Virus record (IMG/VR): IMGVR_UViG_3300044991_002130
Coordinates: 10,406 to 74,405 of that record
Length of the DNA: 64,000 nt
Source: a virus
Lineage: Duplodnaviria; Caudoviricetes
Strand: one strand, 5' to 3'
The position numbers and the translations under genes were made by a program. Positions 1-9,249 of the stretch are shown piece by piece; position 1 is the first letter of the stretch; every line of letters begins with the position of its first letter. The notes under the pieces are model-generated. The model saw only the letters and a list, made by a program, of their open reading frames with translations. It was not told where the DNA came from and searched no databases.

Positions 1-294
1 AACGACATGTTGAAGAATTATAATGAGGGTGGAACCGAGCCGATATTGAGCGGAGGAAAAATCAAGTGGGTTTATCTCAGAGACAATCCATTTGGGTTGA
101 ATGGTATGGCGTTCAAAGATGACGGAAAAGACCCACAAGTAATAATGGATTTTATTTTGACATACATCGACCGAGAAGCTATATGGAACTCGGAATTGGA
201 AAAGAAATTGAAAGCATTCTACGAAGCATTGCGTTGGGATTTTTATTGCGACGAAATTGAGGCCGTTCAACAATTTTTCACATTTGACGATTAA
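1..294 (+). CDS. Family B DNA polymerase, C-terminal fragment (cut by window start)
   Basis: KIKWVYLRDNPFG...YIDRE...FYEALRW resembles large-phage PolB C-terminus; directly upstream of clamp and clamp loader. Confidence 0.7.
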   Translation, partial: NDMLKNYNEGGTEPILSGGKIKWVYLRDNPFGLNGMAFKDDGKDPQVIMDFILTYIDREAIWNSELEKKLKAFYEALRWDFYCDEIEAVQQFFTFDD

Positions 295-339
295 CGTTGA
301 CAAACGTTCTTGGAAATGTAACATCGAACAATATTTATT

Positions 340-1059
340 ATGCAAAAAAGCAGCCTACTACGTTTTATTGAGCTATATAATCTATCCGGCACGGTAGAAA
401 AAGTTAAGTTGGTTTCTGACGGAACCAACCTAAAAGCTAAAATTGTGACCGACGATAAAAGTTTGGCCGGATGCATCGAATACAAAAATTTACCAATCGA
501 GGCCGGGGAATATGCAGTCCATGATACTGCACAACTCAAAAAGATGCTGAGTATTTTCGATGACACATTGAATATCGGAATCGACAAGGTAAACGGAAGA
601 AATGTAAGTTTTTCTTTTAAGGACAAGACAGCAGAATCTTTGTATATGTTGGCCGATTTGTCGGTTATCCCCAGAACAGTGAGTGTTCCAAACACCATTG
701 TATTCGACTTGGAACTTGCACTGGATGATAGTTTTATGGAAAGATTCATTCGGGCTAAGTCCGCGCTGTTGGAGGCCGAAACATTCACCATAATGATGAA
801 TGACAAGGGAGCGGTCGAAGTAATCGTTGGACACAGTAACATCAATAGCAATAGGATTAAGTTGGTGGCAACACCAGTCGGAGTGCCCGCTCCCAAGAAG
901 GATATCACCTTTAATGCCAACTATTTCAAGGATATTTTGTTAAGAAACCGTGGAACGCCAAGTGTATTGAAAATCAACACCGACGGAATCGGACACGTGA
1001 ATTTCACGTGCGCAGATTATGTTGCCGATTACTATTTGTTAAAGACCGCGATTAAATAA
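340..1059 (+). CDS. Sliding clamp (T4 gp45-like)
   Basis: 239 aa, between PolB and clamp loader; FNANYFKDIL...LKIN.DGI...F...DY...YYL ending typical of phage clamps. Confidence 0.75.
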   Translation: MQKSSLLRFIELYNLSGTVEKVKLVSDGTNLKAKIVTDDKSLAGCIEYKNLPIEAGEYAVHDTAQLKKMLSIFDDTLNIGIDKVNGRNVSFSFKDKTAESLYMLADLSVIPRTVSVPNTIVFDLELALDDSFMERFIRAKSALLEAETFTIMMNDKGAVEVIVGHSNINSNRIKLVATPVGVPAPKKDITFNANYFKDILLRNRGTPSVLKINTDGIGHVNFTCADYVADYYLLKTAIK

Positions 1060-1060
1060 T

Positions 1061-2014
1061 ATGAGTTTTATAGAAATAGACGAAACTGCACAATCTCCAG
1101 TAGCACATACTCTCTGGGTGGAGAAGTATAGACCTATTGGACTTGACCAATATGTTGGAAACGACACACTAAAAGCAAAAATAAAACAATATATCGCGAA
1201 TAATGATATTCCACATCTGTTGTTTTATGGAAGTGCGGGAACAGGCAAGACGACATTAGCAAAACTAATTGCTAGCAGCATCAAATGTGATGTAATGTAT
1301 ATCAACGCATCGGATGAAAATGGAATCGAGACGGTTCGCGTAAAAATCAAGAATTTCGCGTCTACAATTGGATTCAACAATTTGAAGATTATTATATTGG
1401 ATGAGGCCGACTATTTTACTCCAGCCGGTCAAGCTGGTTTGCGTAATACGATGGAAACTTTCAGTGAACATACTAGGTTTATATTAACCGCAAACCATCA
1501 CGAGAGAATAGTTGACCCGATTATTTCTCGCTGCCAACTATTCTCAATTACTCCACCGTCGAAAAACGAAGTGGCGATGACGCTATTAAGAATATTGACC
1601 GCAGAAAATGTGAAGTTCGAGAAAAAGGACATCGCGTTAATCGTTCAATCTCATTACCCAGATATCCGGGCGGTGATAAACACAGCCCAGCGGAATGTGA
1701 TTAGCGGCGAATTGAAAGTGGCAACGGAGGATGTTGCGCAGGGCGACCTTAAAACGAAGCTACTGGCACACTTGATGAATAAAGATACGAAACGGGCGTT
1801 CACGGACATTCGGCAATTGATGGCGAATAATTCAATCAAAAGTTATTCCGATTTTTATACATATATGTACGAACAAGTCGAAGTATATGCACCCGAGAAT
1901 GTCGTGGAAGTTGTTGTTATTCTGGCCGACAGCCAGTTCCAAGACGCACAGGTTGTAGACAAGGAAATTTGTTTCGCCGCGTGTATCAGCAAAGTTTTAA
2001 ATTCAACCAAATAA
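1061..2014 (+). CDS. Clamp loader AAA+ subunit (gp44/RFC-like)
   Basis: LWVEKYRP, GSAGTGKTT, INASDENG, ILDEAD and SRC motifs. Confidence 0.95.
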   Translation: MSFIEIDETAQSPVAHTLWVEKYRPIGLDQYVGNDTLKAKIKQYIANNDIPHLLFYGSAGTGKTTLAKLIASSIKCDVMYINASDENGIETVRVKIKNFASTIGFNNLKIIILDEADYFTPAGQAGLRNTMETFSEHTRFILTANHHERIVDPIISRCQLFSITPPSKNEVAMTLLRILTAENVKFEKKDIALIVQSHYPDIRAVINTAQRNVISGELKVATEDVAQGDLKTKLLAHLMNKDTKRAFTDIRQLMANNSIKSYSDFYTYMYEQVEVYAPENVVEVVVILADSQFQDAQVVDKEICFAACISKVLNSTK

Positions 2015-2018
2015 AATT

Positions 2019-2420
2019 ATGTATTCAGCAGTATTATTAGACGAAAAATCTCAACTTGCTCTATCAGCATGGGCAGATAAAAATATCAAAATCAATGGCG
2101 TTAGATTACCCATTGTTGTTCGTGACAATGGTTGGAAAATGATTTGTCATCATATGACAATAAAGTTTGGCGGCACTCCCGAGTTTGTTAAACAATATCT
2201 TGGCACAGAACAAAACCTTGAAATCACTCATTATGGAATGAGTGACAAGGCTGTTGCTGTGCGTGTTGTTGGTTTTCATAGTGAAAACAAAATTCCTCAT
2301 ATCACTGTGGCAGTAAATGTTAAAAATGGTGGAAAGCCAGTTGACAGCAACAAAATCACTGAATGGCTTACAGTTGAAAAAGGACCAACGCTAAAAGGCG
2401 TCGTGACAGAACTACAATGA
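2019..2420 (+). CDS. 2H phosphoesterase (2',3'-cyclic phosphodiesterase-like)
   Basis: Two HxT motifs (HHMTI, PHITVA) plus KPVDSN. Confidence 0.75.
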   Translation: MYSAVLLDEKSQLALSAWADKNIKINGVRLPIVVRDNGWKMICHHMTIKFGGTPEFVKQYLGTEQNLEITHYGMSDKAVAVRVVGFHSENKIPHITVAVNVKNGGKPVDSNKITEWLTVEKGPTLKGVVTELQ

Positions 2421-2635
2421 AAATCAACGACGCTGTATTCTTCACAGACAACACAACTGTTCGTCTGGAAACTGACAAGGGCAACTTTTATCTCACCGAT
2501 AAAGGCAAGTTTTATAACATGCATCCGATAAACGTGATGGCAGATGAAATCAAGGTAGCAGAATTGAAAGAAATCAAATCTGTTGCCAAAAAGGGTGGAT
2601 ATAAAAACGACAAAGAAGTGAAGAAATGGTTATGA
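2417..2635 (+). CDS. Hypothetical protein
   Basis: 72 aa ORF with ATGA overlap. Confidence 0.6.
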   Translation: MKINDAVFFTDNTTVRLETDKGNFYLTDKGKFYNMHPINVMADEIKVAELKEIKSVAKKGGYKNDKEVKKWL

Positions 2636-3534
2636 ATAAAGACAATGTAAGTGGACTAATTATAGGTTCTCTTGTAGGCGATGCACTTGGAGTACCGGTA
2701 GAATTTCGTCCACGGGAAGTTTTGCGTCAAAATCCCGTCGTTGACATGCGTTCGTTTGGCACACATTTTCAACCAAAAGGAACATGGTCGGATGATGGTT
2801 CATTACTTCTTATAACATTGGAGACGCTTATAAACAAGGAACCACCGGTCGAAGCATTGAAAAAGTTCGTGAAATGGGTCAACGAGGGATATTGGACTGC
2901 ACACGGCGACGCATTTGATATTGGAAACACCACAGCAGACGCAATAGCGGGCTTTATGCAGCACGGTAAGCCTTCCGCCCCCCATACGCCACAAAGCAAC
3001 GGAAATGGCGCATTAATGAGGATTGCGCCACTTGCTCTGTTCGTGGATTCAAAGCATACAAAACCGGAAGAGTTATATAAACTCTGTGGAGAATGGTCTG
3101 CACTTACCCATGGACATGAAATATCGGCATTTGCCTGCACTTATTATACAATGTTGATTTCTCTTATTCTAAGTGGATGTTCATTGTCGGAGGCTCACTT
3201 GTATACTTGCTCATTGACTGAAAAATTCGCACCAAAAGAATTTGATAGATTATTGAGTTCGATAAAGCACATCTCAGATTACAACCTAGAAGATATAAAG
3301 TCTGATGGGTATTGTCTACACACACTGGAAGCGGCAGTTTGGGCAGCATTCAATAGTCCATCTTACAAAGACAGTGTGTTGATGGCAGTAAATATGGGAG
3401 AAGACACGGACACGACTGCGAGCGTGTGTGGAGGAATCTTGGGGGCATATTATGGAAAATCTGCAATACCTAAAGAATGGGTACAATCTCTGGCAAGACT
3501 AAATGATATTGAAAACTTAATCGCAAAAATATGA
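2626..3534 (+). CDS. ADP-ribosylglycohydrolase (DraG/ARH family)
   Basis: GDALG, WSDD, SNGNGALMR, THGH and GEDTDT motifs. Confidence 0.95.
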   Translation: MVMNKDNVSGLIIGSLVGDALGVPVEFRPREVLRQNPVVDMRSFGTHFQPKGTWSDDGSLLLITLETLINKEPPVEALKKFVKWVNEGYWTAHGDAFDIGNTTADAIAGFMQHGKPSAPHTPQSNGNGALMRIAPLALFVDSKHTKPEELYKLCGEWSALTHGHEISAFACTYYTMLISLILSGCSLSEAHLYTCSLTEKFAPKEFDRLLSSIKHISDYNLEDIKSDGYCLHTLEAAVWAAFNSPSYKDSVLMAVNMGEDTDTTASVCGGILGAYYGKSAIPKEWVQSLARLNDIENLIAKI

Positions 3535-3830
3535 AATCTAAACTTGACCAAATGTACAATGAGATTGAAACCGGATGGAATGTCGGTCTAAAAAAGCTTA
3601 GAGAAGGAAGCACCCCCTTGACCGAAAGCGCACGAAAGTCGATAGAAGAAACAAGAAATAACGTTGTGGAAGACATGCGCGATGCAAACATATATAGACA
3701 CATTGGAGTTCCGGGTGCAGCGGAATCTTCGGACCCCGGCGATGATATTGAACATTGGCAAGAAATATATGACTGGTGTTCTCGAATATTATCTATAATA
3801 GACGAAATGTTAGCACATAAAACTATATGA
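3531..3830 (+). CDS. Hypothetical protein
   Basis: 99 aa coupled ORF. Confidence 0.55.
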   Translation: MKSKLDQMYNEIETGWNVGLKKLREGSTPLTESARKSIEETRNNVVEDMRDANIYRHIGVPGAAESSDPGDDIEHWQEIYDWCSRILSIIDEMLAHKTI

Positions 3831-4084
3831 ATCGTCGTAGATTTCTAACAACATTGTTTGGGTTGGCAGCGGCTCCTGTTATAGTAGCGAGAGTATTGTC
3901 GGCACCACCCAAGCCGACATTATTGGCTTTCAAAGGAAAGCGGTTTATGGAGACTGGATATGTATATGCTCCATACATTCCAATGCTTATTACACCGATG
4001 ATAGATATAAAACCAATGAGAAACTCACCACTCGGTAAAGTATTTTACATGAATAAGTATTATACAAAACATACAACCTTGTGA
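3827..4084 (+). CDS. Small protein with twin-arginine-like signal and major-capsid-like peptides
   Basis: MNRRRFL plus hydrophobic stretch; FKGKRFMETGYVYAPYIPM and IKPMRNSPLGKVFY resemble gp23 motifs. Confidence 0.55.
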   Translation: MNRRRFLTTLFGLAAAPVIVARVLSAPPKPTLLAFKGKRFMETGYVYAPYIPMLITPMIDIKPMRNSPLGKVFYMNKYYTKHTTL

Positions 4085-4380
4085 TTACTGTCGTAAACAA
4101 ATACAAACACACTCCAACACCAAATGATATTTATATTGGTCGCGGCTCTGCATTTGGAAATCCATATGTGATTGGCAGTGAATATACACGAGATAAAGCA
4201 GTGGATGCATATTGTACATACTTGAATGCCAAGCGGCAATATAATGCACAATTTAGACATGAACTGCAAAAGATTGCCGACAAAGCAAAGATAAGTGACA
4301 TAAACCTCGTGTGTTATTGCAAGCCACAAAGATGTCATGGAGATATTTTGAAAGAATTGTTAGAGTCGGAGTATTTATAG
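4081..4380 (+). CDS. DUF4326 family protein
   Basis: IYIGRGS.FGNPY ... LVCYCKP..CHGD. Confidence 0.85.
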   Translation: MITVVNKYKHTPTPNDIYIGRGSAFGNPYVIGSEYTRDKAVDAYCTYLNAKRQYNAQFRHELQKIADKAKISDINLVCYCKPQRCHGDILKELLESEYL

Positions 4381-4400
4381 AAATATTTCTTTATTATATA

Positions 4401-4428
4401 TTGACAATTTCAATATTTGAAACATAGT
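4401..4428 (+). promoter_or_regulatory. Sigma70-type promoter
   Basis: TTGACA-N16-CATAGT. Confidence 0.6.
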
Positions 4429-4484
4429 TATACTTCGAAGTCACCATTGTGGTGCTAGTAACTAAAATAACAAAAGGTTGAAAT

Positions 4485-5396
4485 ATGTCATATAAACATG
4501 GTATTGGTATGTCCGTTTGCATAAATGGACGAGCAACAAAGGAATATTCTAAAGATGGAACTTCCTTTATAGAAGCAAGGCATGGTACTAATTATACCGT
4601 GAAACTCAAAAACGATAATGGCTATAAAGTAATGGCTGTATTGTCGGTAGATGGATTGGATGTTGTTACAGGCAAACCAGCCGAAGACAGTAACAAAGGC
4701 TATATTCTTGATCCATACAGCAGTGTAGAAATAAAAGGCTACAGAATCAGCGACAAAGAATCTGCGGCATTTATTTTTACAAGCAAAGGCAAGAGTTATG
4801 TACAACAAACAAGCGGAGATGCCAGAAATTCTGGTGTAATTGGTGTAAGAGTATTTGGTGAAAAATCAAAACCTCAACCAATTTCGCAACCATATCCGGT
4901 GAGTCCGTGGAATCCATTTCCATATTCAATATCTTATGCAACAGGTAGTGGTTTTACGCAAACATATACAAACTATGTTTCTACGGGCGGTACAACTACT
5001 TGTGCAACAAATGCCGCAACATACACCACATCCAACAATACTCTTGGATGTTATGGAACAAATGCCGCAACATTTACTACCGAAACCGCAATCACAAGCA
5101 GAAATCTCGGACTAAATACCAGATCGGCAATATCAAATACATTTGATACTCCGTTGAGTTACAAACAATTTGACACTGGTACTGGTTGGGGCAAAAAGTT
5201 GGACGACAGAGTAAAAAAAGAATACTTTGATAAAGGAGAACTTCTTGCCGAGATTGTGTCTTATTATGCTTCACGCGAAGCATTGGAAACTATGGGAATT
5301 GATTTGTCTGATAGTCCAAGAGTTACCGAAGAAGAAAAAAAGCCACAGGCATTTGGTAGCAAATATTGCCAACCACCAACTGGATGGGTCGGCTAA
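4485..5396 (+). CDS. Conserved hypothetical protein
   Basis: 303 aa; VLSVDGLDV...GYIL...GVIGVRVF domain followed by a T/S-rich linker. Confidence 0.7.
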   Translation: MSYKHGIGMSVCINGRATKEYSKDGTSFIEARHGTNYTVKLKNDNGYKVMAVLSVDGLDVVTGKPAEDSNKGYILDPYSSVEIKGYRISDKESAAFIFTSKGKSYVQQTSGDARNSGVIGVRVFGEKSKPQPISQPYPVSPWNPFPYSISYATGSGFTQTYTNYVSTGGTTTCATNAATYTTSNNTLGCYGTNAATFTTETAITSRNLGLNTRSAISNTFDTPLSYKQFDTGTGWGKKLDDRVKKEYFDKGELLAEIVSYYASREALETMGIDLSDSPRVTEEEKKPQAFGSKYCQPPTGWVG

Positions 5397-5425
5397 AAAA
5401 TAAACAATCAAATACAAAACTTTAT

Positions 5426-6118
5426 ATGAAAAAAATTATTCACGCACTAACAATCATCGACAAATCAAGCAGTATGAATCCTTATCGCTCTCGTACCATT
5501 GAAGGGATCAATGAAAATATCAACGCTCTCAAAAAAGAAGTAGATGCCGACACGGACATTCTTAATACTCAACTTCAATTCAGTGCAACTGGAAATTCTT
5601 GGGGATGGAATGGGGGAGCAAAAACCCAAGAAACGGACTTAAAGTTTGTTCGGGTTGGTCAAAAGGTACAAGAATTGACGGATATGACCAATGAACAATA
5701 TGAACCAGCGGGCGGCACTCCATTACTTGATGCTATTGGTCTTGGTATTGAAAAAGTAAAAGATTTCCACGGTGACAAGCTCGGTGAAGATAATCTCAAG
5801 ATCATTGTGACAATCTTTACTGACGGAGAAGAAAACTCGTCCATCAAGCATGATCGCGCAAGTATCAAGAAGATGATTGATCATTTTCAATCTGATGGAA
5901 AGTGGACTTTCACTTTCGTTGGCTGTGGATCGTTTGATAATGTAGCGGCAACATCTGCTGCTATGGGGATAAATGCCGCCAATACGATTGCAGTCGCTGA
6001 CAGTGACGCAGGAAGATCAGTTGCCAATGCTAAAATTGCAACCTCATATACAAACTATGTAAGGTCTGCAAAATTGGGAGTGGTTGACAACGACCTGTTT
6101 ACAGAAAAAAGTCTATAA
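5426..6118 (+). CDS. von Willebrand factor A domain protein
   Basis: IIDKSSSM MIDAS motif, GGTPLLDA, IFTDGEENSS. Confidence 0.9.
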   Translation: MKKIIHALTIIDKSSSMNPYRSRTIEGINENINALKKEVDADTDILNTQLQFSATGNSWGWNGGAKTQETDLKFVRVGQKVQELTDMTNEQYEPAGGTPLLDAIGLGIEKVKDFHGDKLGEDNLKIIVTIFTDGEENSSIKHDRASIKKMIDHFQSDGKWTFTFVGCGSFDNVAATSAAMGINAANTIAVADSDAGRSVANAKIATSYTNYVRSAKLGVVDNDLFTEKSL

Positions 6119-6122
6119 TACG

Positions 6123-6148
6123 AAAACCCACCTTTCGGTGGGTTTTTT
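6123..6148 (+). terminator. Intrinsic terminator
   Basis: AAAACCCACC-TTTC-GGTGGGTTTTTT. Confidence 0.85.
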
Positions 6149-6186
6149 ATTGACTTATTGTTATTTTGGTTCATGGTAATACAATT

Positions 6187-7212
6187 ATGAGTGAACGTAA
6201 ATTAGCATCAATCCAGAAAATAACGGAAATCCTACCAATTGACGGTGCGGATAAGATTGTGTGTGTAAAAATTCTGGGGTGGCAATGCGTGGCACTAAAG
6301 ACTGAATTCAAAGTTAATGACCTTTGTGTTTTTTTTGAAATAGATAGTGTTCTTCCCATCGCACAATGGAATGATCATTTGAGAAAAGAACCAAACAAGC
6401 AATTGCGTATAAAAACTATACGTTTGAGAGGCACATTGAGTCAAGGTCTTGCCATGCCACTTTCTATTCTTCCAGACGGACAATATGAAGTAGGTCAAGA
6501 TGTTACACAATTGGTTGGCGTAACCAAATATGAACCATTTGTTCCAGCACATCTATCTGGTGTGGCCAAAGGAAACTTTCCAGCATTTTTACACAAAACC
6601 GATGAACCTCGTTTACAATCCAGCCCTAATGTCTTACAAGAAGCCATTGACAAAAATCTTGTGCTTGTTGGCACACTCAAAATGGACGGTACAAGTTTTA
6701 CTGCGTATCGAAGAGACGCTGATTTTGGCGTGTGTTCTCGCAACTTGGATTTGACGCAAACAGAGGACAATGCTCATTGGAAGATGGCTCGCAAGATCAA
6801 ACTTGAAGAAATTCTTCGCAGTGAATCTCGCAATCTTTGTGTACAAGGTGAAATGGTTGGTCCCGGTATTCAAGCCAACCGTCTTGGATTCAAAGAAGTT
6901 GAACTGCATTTATTCAATTTGTATGACATCGACACAGGCAAGTATTTTAGTCATAACGAATTGATTGAATTTGGAAAGAAGCACAATATAAAAGTTGTTG
7001 AAACACTTAGTGTTATTCAGTTTAGTAATGATATGGCACCCAGAGATGTTAATTATCTTTTGAACATTGCCAATGAGCTAAACTATTCCAACGGCACTCC
7101 CGCAGAAGGTATTGTTTGGCGTCCAACCGTTGAAACATACAGCGAAGTTCTTAAAGGTCGCATGAGTTTCAAGACCATCAGTAACCGTTACTTGGAAAAA
7201 TACAAAGAATGA
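6187..7212 (+). CDS. RNA ligase, DRB0094/Rnl5 family
   Basis: RKLASIQ..I.PI.GAD, FFEIDS, SQGL, KTDEPR.Q, KMDGTS, QGE..GPGIQ, EGIV, SFKTIS. Confidence 0.9.
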   Translation: MSERKLASIQKITEILPIDGADKIVCVKILGWQCVALKTEFKVNDLCVFFEIDSVLPIAQWNDHLRKEPNKQLRIKTIRLRGTLSQGLAMPLSILPDGQYEVGQDVTQLVGVTKYEPFVPAHLSGVAKGNFPAFLHKTDEPRLQSSPNVLQEAIDKNLVLVGTLKMDGTSFTAYRRDADFGVCSRNLDLTQTEDNAHWKMARKIKLEEILRSESRNLCVQGEMVGPGIQANRLGFKEVELHLFNLYDIDTGKYFSHNELIEFGKKHNIKVVETLSVIQFSNDMAPRDVNYLLNIANELNYSNGTPAEGIVWRPTVETYSEVLKGRMSFKTISNRYLEKYKE

Positions 7213-7463
7213 AAACTTATAAAGGTTTTATCTTTGGACCAAATAAAATACCCAAGAAAGGCGATGCTTTGCTTTGGGTAATAGGAGACAGAGTGATCAA
7301 TGGCGAGTGGCATCTGAAGGTTTCAGCCGACAATCTCACCGCCGTTGTTCCATATACAGGCCAAACTGTTTATAACCTGCGTGCTGCTCCTTATGAGATG
7401 GGCCATGATTATAATGATGTGCTGAAAAGGGTCGAAGCGACTCTTGGCAATCAAACATACTAA
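7209..7463 (+). CDS. Hypothetical protein
   Basis: 84 aa coupled ORF. Confidence 0.55.
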   Translation: MKTYKGFIFGPNKIPKKGDALLWVIGDRVINGEWHLKVSADNLTAVVPYTGQTVYNLRAAPYEMGHDYNDVLKRVEATLGNQTY

Positions 7464-7571
7464 CAAATATCTCTTCATGATATTATGAGCACTGAATTGC
7501 ATGTAAAGTTGTTATAATAAGTGATTTATGTAAAAAAATGCAAAAAAGATGATATTTTTCGAAAAAAGTGT

Positions 7572-7600
7572 TTGACAATTCATTTTTTTCCATACATAGT
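7572..7600 (+). promoter_or_regulatory. Sigma70-type promoter upstream of the leader ORF
   Basis: TTGACA-N17-CATAGT. Confidence 0.65.
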
Positions 7601-7633
7601 TCTATTTATTAAATAACAGTAATAACAAATTCA

Positions 7634-7765
7634 ATGAGACATTATTCAATCAAATCGCAATCCGTGACCTCCAAGTGGAGTGTGCGCTTTAATGCGACAC
7701 AACCTACACTCGGAGCCAATGAAGGCGACTTGTTGGGTGGTCCGGTTGAGGAAAAGATTTTCTAA
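7634..7765 (+). CDS. Putative attenuator leader peptide (43 aa; not in ORF track)
   Basis: MRHYSIKSQSVTSKWSVRFNATQPTLGANEGDLLGGPVEEKIF*; its 3' codons pair with the 5' arm of the downstream terminator. Confidence 0.65.
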   Translation: MRHYSIKSQSVTSKWSVRFNATQPTLGANEGDLLGGPVEEKIF

Positions 7766-7799
7766 ATAAAAATCAAATCCAAAACCTCCGGAACCACCC
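7735..7799 (+). promoter_or_regulatory. Antiterminator hairpin
   Basis: GGGTGG-TCCGG-ttg-AGG (7735-7751) complementary to CCT-CCGGA-a-CCACCC (7785-7799). Confidence 0.7.
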
Positions 7800-7822
7800 T
7801 CTAAAAAAGAAGGTGGTTTTTT
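7792..7822 (+). terminator. Intrinsic terminator (attenuator)
   Basis: AACCACC.TC-loop-GA.GGTGGTT followed by T-run. Confidence 0.8.
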
Positions 7823-8246
7823 AATTTTAGGGAAAGTAAGTAAGAAAAAGTTTGACAGAAGATAAAAAAGAGTCAAGGTGACAGAAGATAAGAAAAAGAA
7901 AGGGTAGCGAAAGAGAAAGTTAAAAAAAGTTCGAAAAGATAGTTGACAGCGAAAGATAAAAGAGTAAGATGGTCAGCGTTGTAGTAGCAAAGGCGAAACA
8001 ACAAAAAGTTTTTTCACAGTACAATTTTGACAGGTAAAAGCGCACCTAGAAAGCGTGCTAAAATAGCCACCGGCCCATTTAGGGACCGTTTTGTGGGAAT
8101 CAATATCAATAAGTTCAGGTAGGGTTGAGGTTAGAGTGAGTAACTTTATTGTGAGGCCGAAGTATAAGTTATTTTTAATAAAGTTGGAGAGATCAACAAT
8201 AAGATACGCAAGTAGCGTATTGAGTTGGCCTCTCCTAACAATTTCA

Positions 8247-8280
8247 AGTCGTTCTACTGACCGACTCTAAATAAATCAGT
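8247..8280 (+). ncRNA. Compact H-type pseudoknot, preQ1-I-like topology
   Basis: P1 AGTCG/CGACT, P2 ACTGA/TCAGT, TTC loop start, A-rich L3. Confidence 0.35.
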
Positions 8281-8285
8281 TATAT

Positions 8286-8364
8286 GGAAGTCAAGCTATT
8301 CGGGACGGGCACCTCCCTCTTAAGGAGAACATTCGTGTGGGTTCAACTCCCACGGCTTCCACCA
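8286..8364 (+). tRNA. tRNA-Lys(CTT), atypical (A at position 8)
   Basis: Cloverleaf, loop CTCTTAA, ACCA end. Confidence 0.8.
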
Positions 8365-8425
8365 TTTTTTCAAAATAATTGATGTTATGTGAGTATATAT
8401 TATATTTATTTTTACACATCAAATT

Positions 8426-8758
8426 ATGAACGACCATAAAGATTTACTTGGAGAATTTCTGTCCGGTGGATGGATTGTAGCAATAATCGGAGCAGCGGGT
8501 ATGATAGCAAGATTGCTGACCGACGATGTAAAGATTACACTGATGCAACAAGTTAAAAGAATACTTGCCGCATCAATATGTTCTGTCATTACATGGTTTT
8601 TATTAGAAAATGTAGATTTAAGTAGTCTGACTAAAGCCGTAACATACGGAGTAGTTGGAGTAATCAGTCCAGAAATTTTAGAAGGTTTGTCGAAGTTGGG
8701 AAAGAGTTTTGCAAAAAATCCTTTCAAATTCTTCAGGCGGACAAAAAAGATTGAGTAA
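8426..8758 (+). CDS. Small multi-TM membrane protein (holin-like)
   Basis: Three hydrophobic segments and a basic C-terminus. Confidence 0.55.
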   Translation: MNDHKDLLGEFLSGGWIVAIIGAAGMIARLLTDDVKITLMQQVKRILAASICSVITWFLLENVDLSSLTKAVTYGVVGVISPEILEGLSKLGKSFAKNPFKFFRRTKKIE

Positions 8759-8762
8759 TAGT

Positions 8763-8839
8763 GCGGGGTTGATGTTTAACGGTTAGCATACGAGTTTTCC
8801 AAACTTGATGTGGGGGTTCGAATCCCCCACCCCGCTCCA
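8763..8839 (+). tRNA. tRNA-Gly(TCC)
   Basis: Cloverleaf, loop TTTCCAA, TCCA. Confidence 0.9.
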
Positions 8840-8916
8840 ATTTGTACTAGGTTTGGTGTTCCAACCATTCCGAAGATATATAGCAAACACTAAATACGCA
8901 GTACAGCAAATTTTTT

Positions 8917-9002
8917 GGCTTATTATACCGCTAAGGACGCGGTTCGCACTGTAAATGCGAAGCCCTCGGGCTGGGTTGGTTCGATACCGACATAAGCCAC
9001 CA
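8917..9002 (+). tRNA. tRNA-Tyr(GTA)
   Basis: Loop CTGTAAA, long variable arm, ACCA. Confidence 0.85.
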
Positions 9003-9009
9003 TTTTTAT

Positions 9010-9085
9010 CCGCTTATAGCTCAATTGGCAGAGCACGCTCTTTATAGGGGCATGGTTGTGGGTTCAACTCCTACTGGGCGGACCA
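9010..9085 (+). tRNA. tRNA-Ile(TAT)
   Basis: Loop TTTATAG, ACCA. Confidence 0.8.
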
Positions 9086-9096
9086 ATTTATAATAC

Positions 9097-9184
9097 GGAA
9101 AGTTGGCAGAGTGGTCTAATGCAGGACTTTGCTAAAGTCCCGATCCGAAAGGGTCCATAGGTTCGAATCCTATATTTTCCGCCA
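9097..9184 (+). tRNA. tRNA-Ser(GCT)
   Basis: Loop TTGCTAA, long variable arm, GCCA. Confidence 0.9.
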
Positions 9185-9249
9185 AATTTAGATTCTTGCA
9201 AGACGGTGTTCCTTTGAATTGCAATTCAATCGAAGTGACCGCAGCTGAA

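Noticed and set aside
291-920. 209-aa minus-strand ORF and similar long antisense ORFs (24629-25906, 56774-57208)
   Set aside because: Fully antisense to well-supported genes.
7646-7876. Minus-strand 76-aa ORF over the attenuator
   Set aside because: TTG start, antisense to the promoter-leader-terminator arrangement; likely a shadow.
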